The notes under the pieces are model-generated. The model saw nothing but the letters and a program-made list of their open reading frames with translations, was not told the DNA's origin and did not search any database. The position numbers were made by a program, and so were the translations under genes. Below are positions 9,737 to 19,986 of a DNA stretch of 64,000 nt, in pieces. Every line of letters starts with the position of its first letter. Position 1 is the stretch's first letter. The stretch is from Thecamonas trahens ATCC 50062 (lineage: Eukaryota > Protista > Apusomonadida), in contig NW_013657660.1 in NCBI RefSeq assembly GCF_000142905.1, positions 396,056-460,055 of the forward strand. The letters run 5' to 3'.

Positions 9737-9927
9737 AGCGCTTCCTCCAGCAACCGACCAACAACAAGATTGGCTGCGGTGTGGCTGGCTACCGCACAGT
9801 ATGTCTGCGGGCGTAGCGTGAGGTGAAGTGGTGTTCCTCTGGAGACGGAGCCTGCTGTTTCCTGCCAACGGCGTGGCGCGCCAACTGCTCTCAGGCACCC
9901 CGACTGATACACGGGGGAGGGGCCATG

Positions 9928-11156
9928 TTACTCGTCATCCTCACTGTCAGCAACACGCATGAGCATCCGCTTGGCGGCCTCGTAGATGCCAAAGAAGACA
10001 AAGCCGCCGATAGAGATCCACATGACCCGCGGCTGGATGCCGGCAAAGAGGGCACGGGCGCCCTCGTCGCGGGCAATGGTACGGATGGTTGATATCGTCG
10101 ACGGAGGGCCAGCCGCGGACGCCTCGGCGAGCATAATGCGGGTCTTGGCCACGTCAAGCGGGGTGGTGATAGCAGCGGCAATGCCACCGGCCACAGAGCC
10201 GCATGCTGCTGCCTCAACTGACGACGGCGCGGACCGGTCGCCCACGGCGGCGAGCCGGACCTTGAACGCCTCGTAGAGCGGAAACTGGATAAAGGCAAAC
10301 GGGATCTCGCGCATGACCGTTGTGCCGTAGCCGCGGAAAAAGGCGCGGATGCCCTCGGCCTTCCACGCAGCCCGCGCAGCGTCGACCAGTCGATCGTACT
10401 GCCGCGTCTGCAGCCGCTGCTTCATCACCTCGGTAGGGACCCGGACGCAGCACGCTGCCACTTCGCCCAGCGATGCTGCCGTCATGTGGGTCACTGGCCC
10501 GCCGCCTAGCAGCGGCGTAAGATGGCTTTTTGCCGTCTCGTACGTGGTGAAGAACAGCGCGGCGCCCGGCGCAGACCCGATGACCGCCGACGATAGCCCG
10601 CGGTACACCCCCGAGAACCCGCCCGCCGCCCGGAAGCCCTCCTTGCTCTGCAGCCTCGTCTTGATCGTGTCGATCGGATACAGCGCCACGTCCACGCCTG
10701 TCCCAGCCATCCCCCCGGCCTATCCCACGATGTGCTCGTCAGTTCCGGCTGCCGCTCCCTACCGCTGCCGCCCCCCCCCCCCCTCCCCCCACCCACCCCC
10801 CCATACAATCACAACCACTGAAATCCTGGAGCGCCCGGGAAAGGAACTTCTGGCCGATTGTGTCCACCTGGCTGCTGCCCTCTTCCCGCGCTGCAGAGAT
10901 GGGTCCCCCCCGTCGACGGAGACACTNNNNNNNNNNNNNNNNNNNNNNNNNNNNNNNNNNNNNNNNNNNNNNNNNNNNNNNNNNNNNNNNNNNNNNNNNN
11001 NNNNNNNNNNNNNNNNNNNNNNNNNNGTTACCGGCTCCGTCGCCGCCGTCCCTACCCGCCTCGCCGCCCCCCCCCTCCCCCCCCACCCCCCCCACCCCCA
11101 CACACACACACACCACCTACCACCAGCGCCACCGAGAACGGAACCTCGGTCGCCAT
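9928..11156 (-). CDS. SLC25A26: Mitochondrial S-adenosylmethionine carrier (SLC25 family); exon 1 11121-11156, intron 10720-11120 spanning an N gap
   Basis: Three PxD/ExxKxR carrier signatures (PIDTIKTRLQ, PTEVMKQRLQ, PLDVAKTRIM) plus GSAPGAALFF, REIPFAFIQFPLYE and PRVMWISIGG, typical of SAMC/Pet8. Exon MATEVPFSVALV|GTAGGT joins in phase to TAG|AGGMAG. Confidence 0.93.
10927..11026. other. Assembly gap (100 N)
   Basis: N run. Confidence 1.
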
Positions 11157-11432
11157 GTCTGCTTCGGTCTGGCACTCTCTTCCGCTGCTGCCGCGGAGAT
11201 GGGTGCTCCTCGCACTGGTACCCTTGCTCTACAGTGGACTCGCTAGCTTTGAGCCGACAGTGTCGCGCTTGGGCTGACGACCAAATCTCGGCATGAAGAG
11301 GACAACATGATCTCTTTCATTAGTCTTGATCCTCGGTATCATCTCTCCATCTACTGTCATTCCGCCGCCTTACTTGGCCAACTGTGCCTCTTCAGCGAGG
11401 CCGCCAGCAGCTTGGCTCGGATCGGCGACAAT

Positions 11433-11933
11433 CTACACTCGCTTGTCGGAAAACGTGACGATGGCGACGACAATGAGACCCGCAGCGCCGAGTGCAAAGC
11501 CAAGGACCACCGGGCCGTACGCATCGTAGATGCGAGAAAACGGATCGTGATCCGGGCCAACATCCTCGCCGACCAGCACATACGCCCGGACAGTGAACCG
11601 CCATATTGTGTAGACCAGCAGCGCAATGACAAGGAGCCACAGCGCAACCGAGAGACCGAGCCCGTCGACGCCCAGCCAGGTAAGGACAAAGGTGGCGCCC
11701 GCGCCGATCTCCAGCGATCGCGAGACCCACTTGAGCGCCGTCCGCTCGTTTGACAGATGCCGCTTCGGCGCCGATAGCTTGATCTGCTGCTTCGCTCGCT
11801 CCAGCTGCGCCTCCAACGAGAGCCCCTCCTCCGACCCATTCTCGGACTTGGAGCCGCCGCTCCCCTCCTCGCCGCCCCACCATCGTCTCCACACCCTGCT
11901 CCCGTTGCCATCGCTACCACTGTCATCCGCCAT
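11433..11933 (-). CDS. Vtc1-like / DUF202 small membrane protein (vacuolar polyphosphate complex)
   Basis: PKRHLSNERTALKW resembles PKxFFANERTFLxW; three TM helices; YDAYGP resembles YDDxxGP. Start is uncertain (ATG at 11933). Confidence 0.7.
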   Translation of the reverse strand: MADDSGSDGNGSRVWRRWWGGEEGSGGSKSENGSEEGLSLEAQLERAKQQIKLSAPKRHLSNERTALKWVSRSLEIGAGATFVLTWLGVDGLGLSVALWLLVIALLVYTIWRFTVRAYVLVGEDVGPDHDPFSRIYDAYGPVVLGFALGAAGLIVVAIVTFSDKRV

Positions 11934-12280
11934 CGCCCCACCCACGTTCTCCTCGCCGTTTAAGTCCACCTCGCTGCTGCCCCCCCCCCCCCCTACCCAC
12001 CTCGCACACCCTCCATACGCACGACACATGCACACCACGCATGCGTACCCTACCTCGGGAACAACTTTGGACCTATGTCTTGACACGGGTCAGGTGCTTG
12101 CACTTGCCTTGCACTTGCCCTCCTCTGCCCTCACGCGCATTCACACCCACGCCACCGCCCCAATCGTTGATCAGTCAATGGCAGGTGGCCACTCATGTGT
12201 GCGACACATACTCGGACACGTATACTCACATTCACTCACACGTCTCACCCTGCTCTTCCTCTCCTGACAGCTTCTTAGTC

Positions 12281-14905
12281 ATGGGCCGGAGAAGAGGACG
12301 AAAGTCGCACTCACCCATACACCCCTCCGCATCTGTTCCTACGGCTGCACGCCCTGCTACTTCGATGCCGACTGCTCCCACGTCGCCGACGCCTGCACCG
12401 CCATCGCCGAGGTCAGCAACACCACCATCGGCAGCGGCAGAGCCATCGCTGGAAAACTCGTTTGGGCTCAAGGCCAAGGTTGCATCGCTGGTGGCAACTG
12501 GCATGACCTTTGCGCTCATCCAGCTCTCCACCTCGGCATCGTCGCTGGTCAAATGGCTCCTCTCACTGCTGTGGAATGACGTCCTTCTCCCGCCGCTCAC
12601 CAGGCTCGCCGACACATACATTGTCGCCTGGTTCACATCACTCTCTGAGGCTCAGATCTTCACGGCGCTCGGGGTCATCACCGTGCTCGGAAGCATTGGC
12701 CTCGCAATCACGTATTACTTGGCCGAAGTTGTGGCCGCGATGCTGGCCTCGCTGGTAGCGCTTCCTCTCTGTGCAGTGGCACTCGCCTGGCGGCTGCCGC
12801 TGCCGTACGGATGGGCGCAAAGCCTTGCTGGGCTCCATCCCTTGGCGGCGACATCGTCCATGCTTCTTCTACCCAGCGTATTGATTGCGGTCCCGCGGCT
12901 TGATCGACCGGTCCAGCTAGCGGTGGCTCTCTGGGCCGCGCTCGCGGTCTTGCCGTGGCCGTTCATGCTGCAGGCGGTGCTCCCAGCAGAGATTGTTGGG
13001 GCAGTCATGTCACACCTCTCGTATCCGTTCCCATGTGTTGCGGCCGGTGGCGGTCGGGCGCTGTGCCGGTTTGTGTCGGATCCTGCCTCGCCACTGCACC
13101 TCAACGTTATTGCCAACGCCCCGCTCCCGCTCGGCGACCTCCTTGCCCGGATGGATGCACCGCAGCTCGCCGCTTCGCGCAATGTGACGCTTGCAGTTGT
13201 TCATCTCGGTCCACTGGCTCTTGCACACTGGTCGCGCCTCGTCCCGCTCCTCATAGCCTCTGCTGTTCTCCTTCTACTCTCGCAGCGAGTGCAGCGGCAC
13301 GCTTCTACCGCCGTGATGAGCGCAATGTGCCTCATGATTGTCGTCTGCGGTGCGCTCATGCTCTCATCGCTCACCGGTGTTACTACTGGTCCACCTGTTG
13401 CCCTTGCGCAGCAGCTTGAGTGTTCACAAGCGGTGGCGGTTCTACGCGAGACGCATCGCGTGCCGGAGGCGTTCTGGGCCATCCCCAACGCAGGAAACTA
13501 CACTGGAAACGCGCTGGCAACGTCGCGCGAGTCACGATGGTACGGGCGATCGCTGGCCCATGGCCGCGGGACCGTGACGCTGGCACTCCCTCACGTTGCT
13601 CCTCACCTCATTGTCGCGCTGCGAGGCGAGTGGGAGACCGGGCGGCTTGTCTATGGCCGTGTGGAGCTCAACTGGACAATGAGCTGCAACGAGACCGAGA
13701 CACTTCGCACCCAAGCGATCGCTGCGGTCCTTGATGAGGCCTTGGACGCGCTTGGCTCACTCTGGACGCCGGAGCGCGGGCGAGTCTTCAGCTTTGGCGC
13801 TGACGGGCCTGCCGCGTCGTCGCGACCGCCGGCGTTCTTTACGCAAGCGCTCCCGGCATCGCTGCCGAGCCTTGCGTGCGAGGCCAGTAGCGAGTGGACG
13901 AGCGGGAGACTGAATATCATGCTCACGGCGGCTGTCGCTAACGGGCGTGTGAGCGTGTCGAGTGGCCGTGGCGCTTCGCCTCTCTCCATCACGCTGCGCT
14001 CGGATGGTCCGGGATGGCGACTGGGTGGTCTGATCTCTGCGCCCATGGGTGATGTGGTGGCGTGGCATTTGGCGCTGCCGAGCGGTGGCGGTGAGCTGGA
14101 GTATGAGGGCGGGTTTGGAGTCGATGGGCCGGCCGGTGAAGGCTTTGTTGCTCTCCATGCTTTTGACGAGGGTGGCGGTCACATTCCAGGCTTTGCCTTT
14201 GTTCTCGATCCGCCACGGATTGCCTCCGAGTTTGCGCGGACAAGCGCAAGGCCTAACCGGTACGCCGACCGGATTCCGCTGGCGGACAGCCCGACGTCGG
14301 CCACTGGCGACGGGCGGGCGGTGCTCGAGGTCCACCATCTTCAGTTTGTGGGTCTCTTTGCCGAGGCGCTTCCGCTGCTGCGGTACGACGCCTACGGCGC
14401 GGCAGGACTCGAGGGGTGGCGGGCAGTGGTGCACCGTGGATGGCTCCGGCTCGGCTCGCCGCTCTGGCTAGCGCCGCTGATGGAGAGCCTACCCGCCGGC
14501 GAGTTTGCAGGGTTCTCTGCCAACACGATTGTGTCGGCTGGCGGCAATGTGACGTGTGCACTGGCCAAAGACTCGGCTCTTGGGTGCGGCGGCGGCGTCG
14601 TGGTGGCTGCCGACGATGGGTACGTGTTCCGTGGGCGGATCAAGGGCTCGCAGACACACGGTGCCGGCGTGCTCTCCCATCCACGGTCTGAAGATGCGGC
14701 GTACGGGTACTGGAATGCTGGACTTCGCAACGGGCAGTTTGTGTTGTACGACCCGGTCCGTGGCCGCTGGGAGTCGGTCCGCTACCGCTCCGGCGTCGTC
14801 CTCTCGTCGAAATCGGTGAAGCGATCAGGGTCAACAGCATCACACGAGGAGCAGATCGTTGAAGCGTTTGTGGCGCGAGTCCTTGCTGATGCAGGAAGCG
14901 CCTGA
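12281..14905 (+). CDS. Hypothetical multi-pass membrane protein with C-terminal MORN-like repeats
   Basis: ATG at 12281 (MGRRRGRKS), several hydrophobic helices, then YEGGFGVDGPAGEG, FRGRIKGSQTHGAG and YGYWNAGLRNGQF, which resemble MORN repeats. Confidence 0.7.
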   Translation: MGRRRGRKSHSPIHPSASVPTAARPATSMPTAPTSPTPAPPSPRSATPPSAAAEPSLENSFGLKAKVASLVATGMTFALIQLSTSASSLVKWLLSLLWNDVLLPPLTRLADTYIVAWFTSLSEAQIFTALGVITVLGSIGLAITYYLAEVVAAMLASLVALPLCAVALAWRLPLPYGWAQSLAGLHPLAATSSMLLLPSVLIAVPRLDRPVQLAVALWAALAVLPWPFMLQAVLPAEIVGAVMSHLSYPFPCVAAGGGRALCRFVSDPASPLHLNVIANAPLPLGDLLARMDAPQLAASRNVTLAVVHLGPLALAHWSRLVPLLIASAVLLLLSQRVQRHASTAVMSAMCLMIVVCGALMLSSLTGVTTGPPVALAQQLECSQAVAVLRETHRVPEAFWAIPNAGNYTGNALATSRESRWYGRSLAHGRGTVTLALPHVAPHLIVALRGEWETGRLVYGRVELNWTMSCNETETLRTQAIAAVLDEALDALGSLWTPERGRVFSFGADGPAASSRPPAFFTQALPASLPSLACEASSEWTSGRLNIMLTAAVANGRVSVSSGRGASPLSITLRSDGPGWRLGGLISAPMGDVVAWHLALPSGGGELEYEGGFGVDGPAGEGFVALHAFDEGGGHIPGFAFVLDPPRIASEFARTSARPNRYADRIPLADSPTSATGDGRAVLEVHHLQFVGLFAEALPLLRYDAYGAAGLEGWRAVVHRGWLRLGSPLWLAPLMESLPAGEFAGFSANTIVSAGGNVTCALAKDSALGCGGGVVVAADDGYVFRGRIKGSQTHGAGVLSHPRSEDAAYGYWNAGLRNGQFVLYDPVRGRWESVRYRSGVVLSSKSVKRSGSTASHEEQIVEAFVARVLADAGSA

Positions 14906-14964
14906 AACTTTGCTTGCGCTGGCAATCGTGGGTTTGTTGAAGAGTTTACGGACATGCCCGAGGA

Positions 14965-16052
14965 TCATCTCCGCATGGGCAAGAGAACACCATGAATGTT
15001 TGGAATGACGCCTCCGCCTGCCAAGCAGACCTTGTGGAACATGCGCTCAAGCTCCATGTCGTTGCCGATGGCAAGTTTGACGTGGCGAGCGGTAAGGCGA
15101 CCAGCTTTGGTGTCGCGCATGGCATTGATGGCCAACTCGAGGACCTCACTCACCACAAACTCGACGGCGGCGGCGACTGCCGGCAGCGTCTCACGGTTGT
15201 AGATCGGGGCGAGGAGCTCCTGCGACTCGAAGACCTGCTTGACGTGGGAAAGATGGAGAAGGACTGGGACGCCTGAGCCAGCGGCGAGCGAGCTTAGTGT
15301 GCGTGCCACATCAGCTGCCGCATACTTGGCCACCTCGCCCGGGAAGTGCAGCTTGATGGCCGAGACGACGTCGTCGGCAATGAACGCAGAACGCTTGTTC
15401 ATCTTGGCCAACGGCACCATTTCCCGATACAAGCTGGCAATGATGTCGTCAATGAGATCAGCGAGCAGAGCAGCGGCTCCCTTGGACAGTGAGACTCTAG
15501 TGGGCGCGCTTGTCTCGGCAGCTGTGGCTCCTCCGGCCCCGGCCTGCGCTGTGGTTACCTTCTTGACCAGAGCACGCAAGCTCTTAATCCACGCTGCTGG
15601 CCTGTCGGCCGACTTGAAGACGCCGCCCGAGGCCTCGGCCACCCTGCGGGCTTCTGCCAGCGCTTCGACCTCCTCGGCGGTGTAGATGCCGTCGACAGAG
15701 CCCAGAACTGGAGCCACAAACGCCAGATCGTCGTCGTCCGGCCCGTCGCCTACGTCAGAGGCCGAGTCGCTCACTGCCCCTTCGTCGCCACCAGACGCCG
15801 ATGCCCCAGCCTGCGGGGAAAAAAAGCTTGAGATCCCAGTTTGCGCAGCCTGCCATTGTCCGTGTCCGTCCGCCGGGTGGCGCCTCCGTGAGTATGTCGT
15901 CGCGGGCAGGAGTAGACCTTCCATTGGCCAGTACGTGCGTGACGAGAGGGCACAGGGAAGGGAGGCAAGAAAAGAACGTTGATGCCCGTCACGCCCCCCT
16001 CCTCCCCCTCTCCCCCTTCCCCCCCTTCTCCTCCCCTAATTTGACTTACCAT
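14965..16052 (-). CDS. Single-chain histone H2B-H2A doublet; ATG-only exon 16050-16052, predicted intron 15850-16049
   Basis: H2B fold: SLSKGAAALLADLIDDIIASLYREMVPLAKMNKRSAFIADDVVSAIKLHFPGEVAKYA. It is followed in frame by an H2A fold and docking domain: AAAVEFVVSEVLELAINAMRDTKAGRLTARHVKLAIGNDMELERMF.KVCLAGGGVIPNIHGVLLP. Start context GCCATG|GTAAGT gives both a Kozak and a splice donor. Confidence 0.9.
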
Positions 16053-16278
16053 GGCTTGCTCACCAAAACAGCGTGGAGTGGCAATGGTCTCTCTGATGGT
16101 GCCTGCTGGTGCCGGCGCCGACAGCGAGATTCGACCGGGCTGGCGGCTGCCGAGCCATGGACGGTGGCGAGCCCACCGCCGTCGCCTCGGCCCTCTCCGC
16201 CGGCCTCGGCCCCCTCCGCCGGGTGAGGCCGACCACCGCTCTGCAGTGCTCTTGGCGGACAGGCGGAGGGGAGGCAAG

Positions 16279-19200
16279 ATGTTCCACGCACAGCAACCGA
16301 ACCCAAACAAACCACCGGACGAGAACTCGCTGCGGATTGGGGTGGCGTTTGCGCCGGTGGCGGAGGGTGAGCGCCTGCGGGAGCGCGGCCAACCGCCGTT
16401 TGTGACCCACACGACAGCGCAGCGGCAGGCGGCGTCTGCGGCAGACAGCGGGTCGTCGCGGGCAGCGGCAGCGGCAGCAGCGTCTGCAGCAGCGGCAGCG
16501 GTACCGGTCAACGCGGTGTCGGTCAAGGACCCGCTGGGCGAGGTGCCCGACACGCTGTTCTCGTTTGACGTGGTGGGCGAGGCGGGGACGCCGCTCAGCG
16601 AGCTGTACACCGAGTTGGTCAAGCCGTTGTCGTCGGCGGTGGTGGGCGGGACGTCGTGTGTGGCGTTTGTGTTTGGCCAGTCCGGCTCGGGACGGGCAAC
16701 AGCGCTGGTCGGCGGACTCGACGGCTCGCCGCGTGGCCTCGTTCAGCTGGCAGCCAGCGATCTGCTTGCCGAGATTGCCAAGTTCAAGGCGCAGCGGGCG
16801 ACGCTGCTGGCACGGTCTGGCTCGGCATCGTCACTTCTACTGGAAGATACCGAAGGAGTGTCGGCGACAGGGCGGATTCGGCGGGCGGGCTCGCGGTCGC
16901 TGCTGTCCTCGGCTTCGCTTTCGGACGTGCGAGCCATGACGCTCACGCTGTCGGCAATGGAGATCCACTGCGAGCACGTGTCCGACTTGCTCGAGCCGTA
17001 CATGGAGCCACTCGGGGCGGGCCTGGATCTCAGCCCGCCGACCGAAGCGAGTGAGTGCACGGCCCCGGCGCGCGACTTTGAGATGCGCAAGCCGCTTTCG
17101 GATCGGAGCGTTGCGGGCGGCCGGACGCTGGCGTCGGCCAAGTCGTCGACGAGTCTTTCGGCCGCGCGGCGGAGTATGTCGGGCACCCATGCCATGCGCT
17201 CGATTCGCAAGCAGCTCTCGGTGGCGTCGATGGCGACAAACAGCGAACTGCGGACGCCGCGGCGGATCTCGCCGGTCGAGCTTGCCGACTCGACCATTGC
17301 ATTCCCCAAGCTCGCCAAGGTTAAGTTGAGCTCGATGGCCGAGGCCGAGGCTGCGGTTCATGAGGCACTGGCCAACCGCGGGCTGCCGCTCTCGCGGACG
17401 TCTTACGACCGGCGCAATGCACACGCGGTCATCCAGCTCTCGCTCGAGCGCGAGCTCCTGCGCGACTCGACCGGCGACTCGGTCACCGTCTCGTCGTCGC
17501 TCTTCTTTGTTATTATGGCCGGCTCAGAGCTCCTGACCCAGGACCGGGCCAACTTTGCGCCGGAGCAAGCGTCAGCGTACAAGGTGCTCGACTCGACGTC
17601 GTCGATTCTGTCTGCGCTCTCGAAGCGGAACCTGACGTACGGCGCGTACGACGGCGCGCTTCTCACTCGCATGCTCCGGCCGTACCTCGGCCTGCAATCG
17701 CATGTGGCGGTGGTGGGTACCGTCCTTCCCTCGGTCTCCAACTTTGAAGAGTCGCTGGTCACGCTCCGGCTCTTGGGCGACATGCACAAGTCGATGCAGC
17801 ACAACACCGGGCTCGGAGCTACCGAGGCGCTCATTCGTGACAAGGATGCTACCATCCGACACCTCATCAAGGAGCTGGCCGAGGTGAAGGAGGATCTTGC
17901 GGTGGCCAAGGAGACAAACTTGAACCAGCGAATGCAGATCTCGCACTTGTCTCGGCCGGGCTCGCGCGGTGGGCGCGGCGGGCTCGGTGATGGGCTTGGT
18001 GGGCGCGGTGGCGGCGATAGCCTGCCGCGGTCCGATTCGGACGCGTCGGGCTCGTGGCTCGAGCCGACGCGCTCAAACCGGTCGCGGTCCGGTCGATCTG
18101 GTGGCGGTGGTGGCGGCTCGGCGTCGGTCGGGATCTCGCTCTCGGGTCCGGAGCCGTCGTTGCAGAGCTATGAGACGCTCAAGGATCTCATTGCGCAGCT
18201 GCAGGCGGAGAAAAAGTTGCTGTATGAGACGCTGCAGAAGCACAAGGCCCAGTTTGAGAGCGTCCAGCTCGAGATGCGGCGGAAAGAGGCCGAGATCTCA
18301 GTCGAGGTTGCCGGGTACAAGCGCTCGCTTCGGAGCGTTCAGGCCGAGCTCGACGAGTCAGTCCGCCGACACGAGGCTGAGACAGCGGCGCTTCACGAGA
18401 GCCACGCGCGCGATGTCCGCAAGCTGCTGGAGAACCACGCCAAGTCGCTGGAGCGGATGCGAGCGGCGCAGGAGGCCAAGCTCTCGTCGATTCCGCCGGC
18501 ATCGATGGCCGACGCGTCCAAGATTGATTATGTCGAGGCGCTGGTTAAGGCGCGGAGCGAGTACAAGGCTGCAGTGGGTGAGATGGAGGACGCGGCATCT
18601 CGCCAGGCGCGGGCGCTCGAAGACAAGATTGCGTCACTGCAGTCGGAGCTGACTTCGGTGACCAACTCGCTCGCGGCGTCACAGGCGAGTGTGGCGAGCG
18701 CCAAAGATGCGTACAAGCGTGACATGGGCCTTTTCCTTGACTACGCGACCACCTTTCAGCACGTGGTTGAGCGGGCGCTGGCGCGATCGTACCCGGTCGA
18801 CGCGCCGCAGCTCGAGTCGTTCTTCCTCCCCAAGGCTCTGACCTCGACGGATGAGCTTGTGCAGCGGCTGCCGAACCTGGTCACTGCGCTCAAGGGCGTT
18901 GTGACCAAACTGCACCCGCTCGACGTTGTGGCTGAGACCAAGATGGCGAGCCCGCGGCAGACGTCGTCGGCGCCGGACGCGCTTGATCTCCACGCCAACC
19001 TGCTGGCTATGGGTGACCGCGCGCTCCGTGCCGAAGTCCGCAAGCTTCGCAGCTACATTGCCGACAAGCGGGCGGGCGACGAGACAAAGTTTGCCGCCCG
19101 CGTCCGCGAGGCTGTCTTCAAGGAGCTCGCCTCGGATAAGACAGTGCAGTACATTGCGTCGCTGGAGGACTCGCTTGCTCGCCTCCGCAAGGACCTGGCC

Positions 19201-19395
19201 CGCGAGCGGTCCCGCCGGCGCGAAGTCGAGGTCTCCAGCCGCTACCGCCCGAGCGAAGGCCCCAACCGGCGCAGCCTTCGCTCGGCTCGCTCATCGCGGA
19301 GCCCGTCGCAAGCTCAGAGCCGCCTCGTCGACTCGGTTGTCGCCGCGCTGGTGGCCGAGGAGGACGTGTCAGGCCCCGCGCGCCGGCACAGCTGA
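16279..19395 (+). CDS. Divergent kinesin-like protein (N-terminal motor-like domain, long coiled coil)
   Basis: FSFDVV, VFGQSGSGRAT (P-loop), SAMEIHCEHVSDLL, HAVIQL, IMAGSE, LTRMLRPYLG and FEESLVTL appear in kinesin order, followed by a coiled coil. Start chosen at ATG 16279. Confidence 0.85.
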   Translation: MFHAQQPNPNKPPDENSLRIGVAFAPVAEGERLRERGQPPFVTHTTAQRQAASAADSGSSRAAAAAAASAAAAAVPVNAVSVKDPLGEVPDTLFSFDVVGEAGTPLSELYTELVKPLSSAVVGGTSCVAFVFGQSGSGRATALVGGLDGSPRGLVQLAASDLLAEIAKFKAQRATLLARSGSASSLLLEDTEGVSATGRIRRAGSRSLLSSASLSDVRAMTLTLSAMEIHCEHVSDLLEPYMEPLGAGLDLSPPTEASECTAPARDFEMRKPLSDRSVAGGRTLASAKSSTSLSAARRSMSGTHAMRSIRKQLSVASMATNSELRTPRRISPVELADSTIAFPKLAKVKLSSMAEAEAAVHEALANRGLPLSRTSYDRRNAHAVIQLSLERELLRDSTGDSVTVSSSLFFVIMAGSELLTQDRANFAPEQASAYKVLDSTSSILSALSKRNLTYGAYDGALLTRMLRPYLGLQSHVAVVGTVLPSVSNFEESLVTLRLLGDMHKSMQHNTGLGATEALIRDKDATIRHLIKELAEVKEDLAVAKETNLNQRMQISHLSRPGSRGGRGGLGDGLGGRGGGDSLPRSDSDASGSWLEPTRSNRSRSGRSGGGGGGSASVGISLSGPEPSLQSYETLKDLIAQLQAEKKLLYETLQKHKAQFESVQLEMRRKEAEISVEVAGYKRSLRSVQAELDESVRRHEAETAALHESHARDVRKLLENHAKSLERMRAAQEAKLSSIPPASMADASKIDYVEALVKARSEYKAAVGEMEDAASRQARALEDKIASLQSELTSVTNSLAASQASVASAKDAYKRDMGLFLDYATTFQHVVERALARSYPVDAPQLESFFLPKALTSTDELVQRLPNLVTALKGVVTKLHPLDVVAETKMASPRQTSSAPDALDLHANLLAMGDRALRAEVRKLRSYIADKRAGDETKFAARVREAVFKELASDKTVQYIASLEDSLARLRKDLARERSRRREVEVSSRYRPSEGPNRRSLRSARSSRSPSQAQSRLVDSVVAALVAEEDVSGPARRHS

Positions 19396-19547
19396 AAAGG
19401 ACTTGAAGGAAATCGATTGCAAGTATAGAGCAGTTGTTGCATGTTGTCATTCATCCTGACTGCTAGCGCGTGATAGAGGGAGATGGAGGTAGTAGAGCTC
19501 AAGCGAGGACGCTTGCTAGGAGAGGTCGATCGATCCGAGGAGGACAT

Positions 19548-19720
19548 CTAAAACTACTAGAAACAAGTCATCCAATTTGAAACTATAGAGTTATATAAAA
19601 CTACAACTATAAAACTATTAAACCCAGAAAACATACACATTCTTTAAAAATCACATACAAATACAGTCACAAGTAATATAAAGACATTAAATTTGTTCAA
19701 TTATATATAATTTTTATTGA
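19548..19720. other. Strongly AT-rich island
   Basis: About 170 bp dominated by A/T (e.g. ttatataaaactacaactataaaactatta) in an otherwise GC-rich window. Confidence 0.9.
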
Positions 19721-19986
19721 AATGGCTTGTGGTTCACAGTGTCGTCCTCGTCGGCTGCCCTTGGCGAGACGAGACCGTCGTTTACGGCTTTGATGGGGTG
19801 TCTACCGCCCGCTTCGTGGTATGTGTAGCTGGCGTAGGGTGTGAACTATCTGTTGATGCGCAGGACTGGCTTGAGAACGGCTTGGATCCCATCATACACT
19901 GCAAAATGCCGTTTGTATCACCCCCCCCCCCCCCCCCCCTCCCCAGCTCTAACCCCCCCACCTCTCGCCACGCCAAAGCCACGCCC

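Noticed and set aside
9850-9875. RFX X-box upstream of the DCX gene
   Set aside because: GTTGGCAGGAAAC is only an imperfect match and cannot be distinguished from chance.
10349-11296. ORFs reading through N gaps (also 29611..31112)
   Set aside because: These are artefacts of translating Ns; the region is the SAM-carrier intron or an unresolved 5' end.
14965-19720. Integrated giant-virus fragment as the source of the histone doublet
   Set aside because: No viral hallmark genes or terminal repeats are visible, GC is host-like and there is a predicted spliceosomal intron. An ancient transfer remains testable only by phylogeny.
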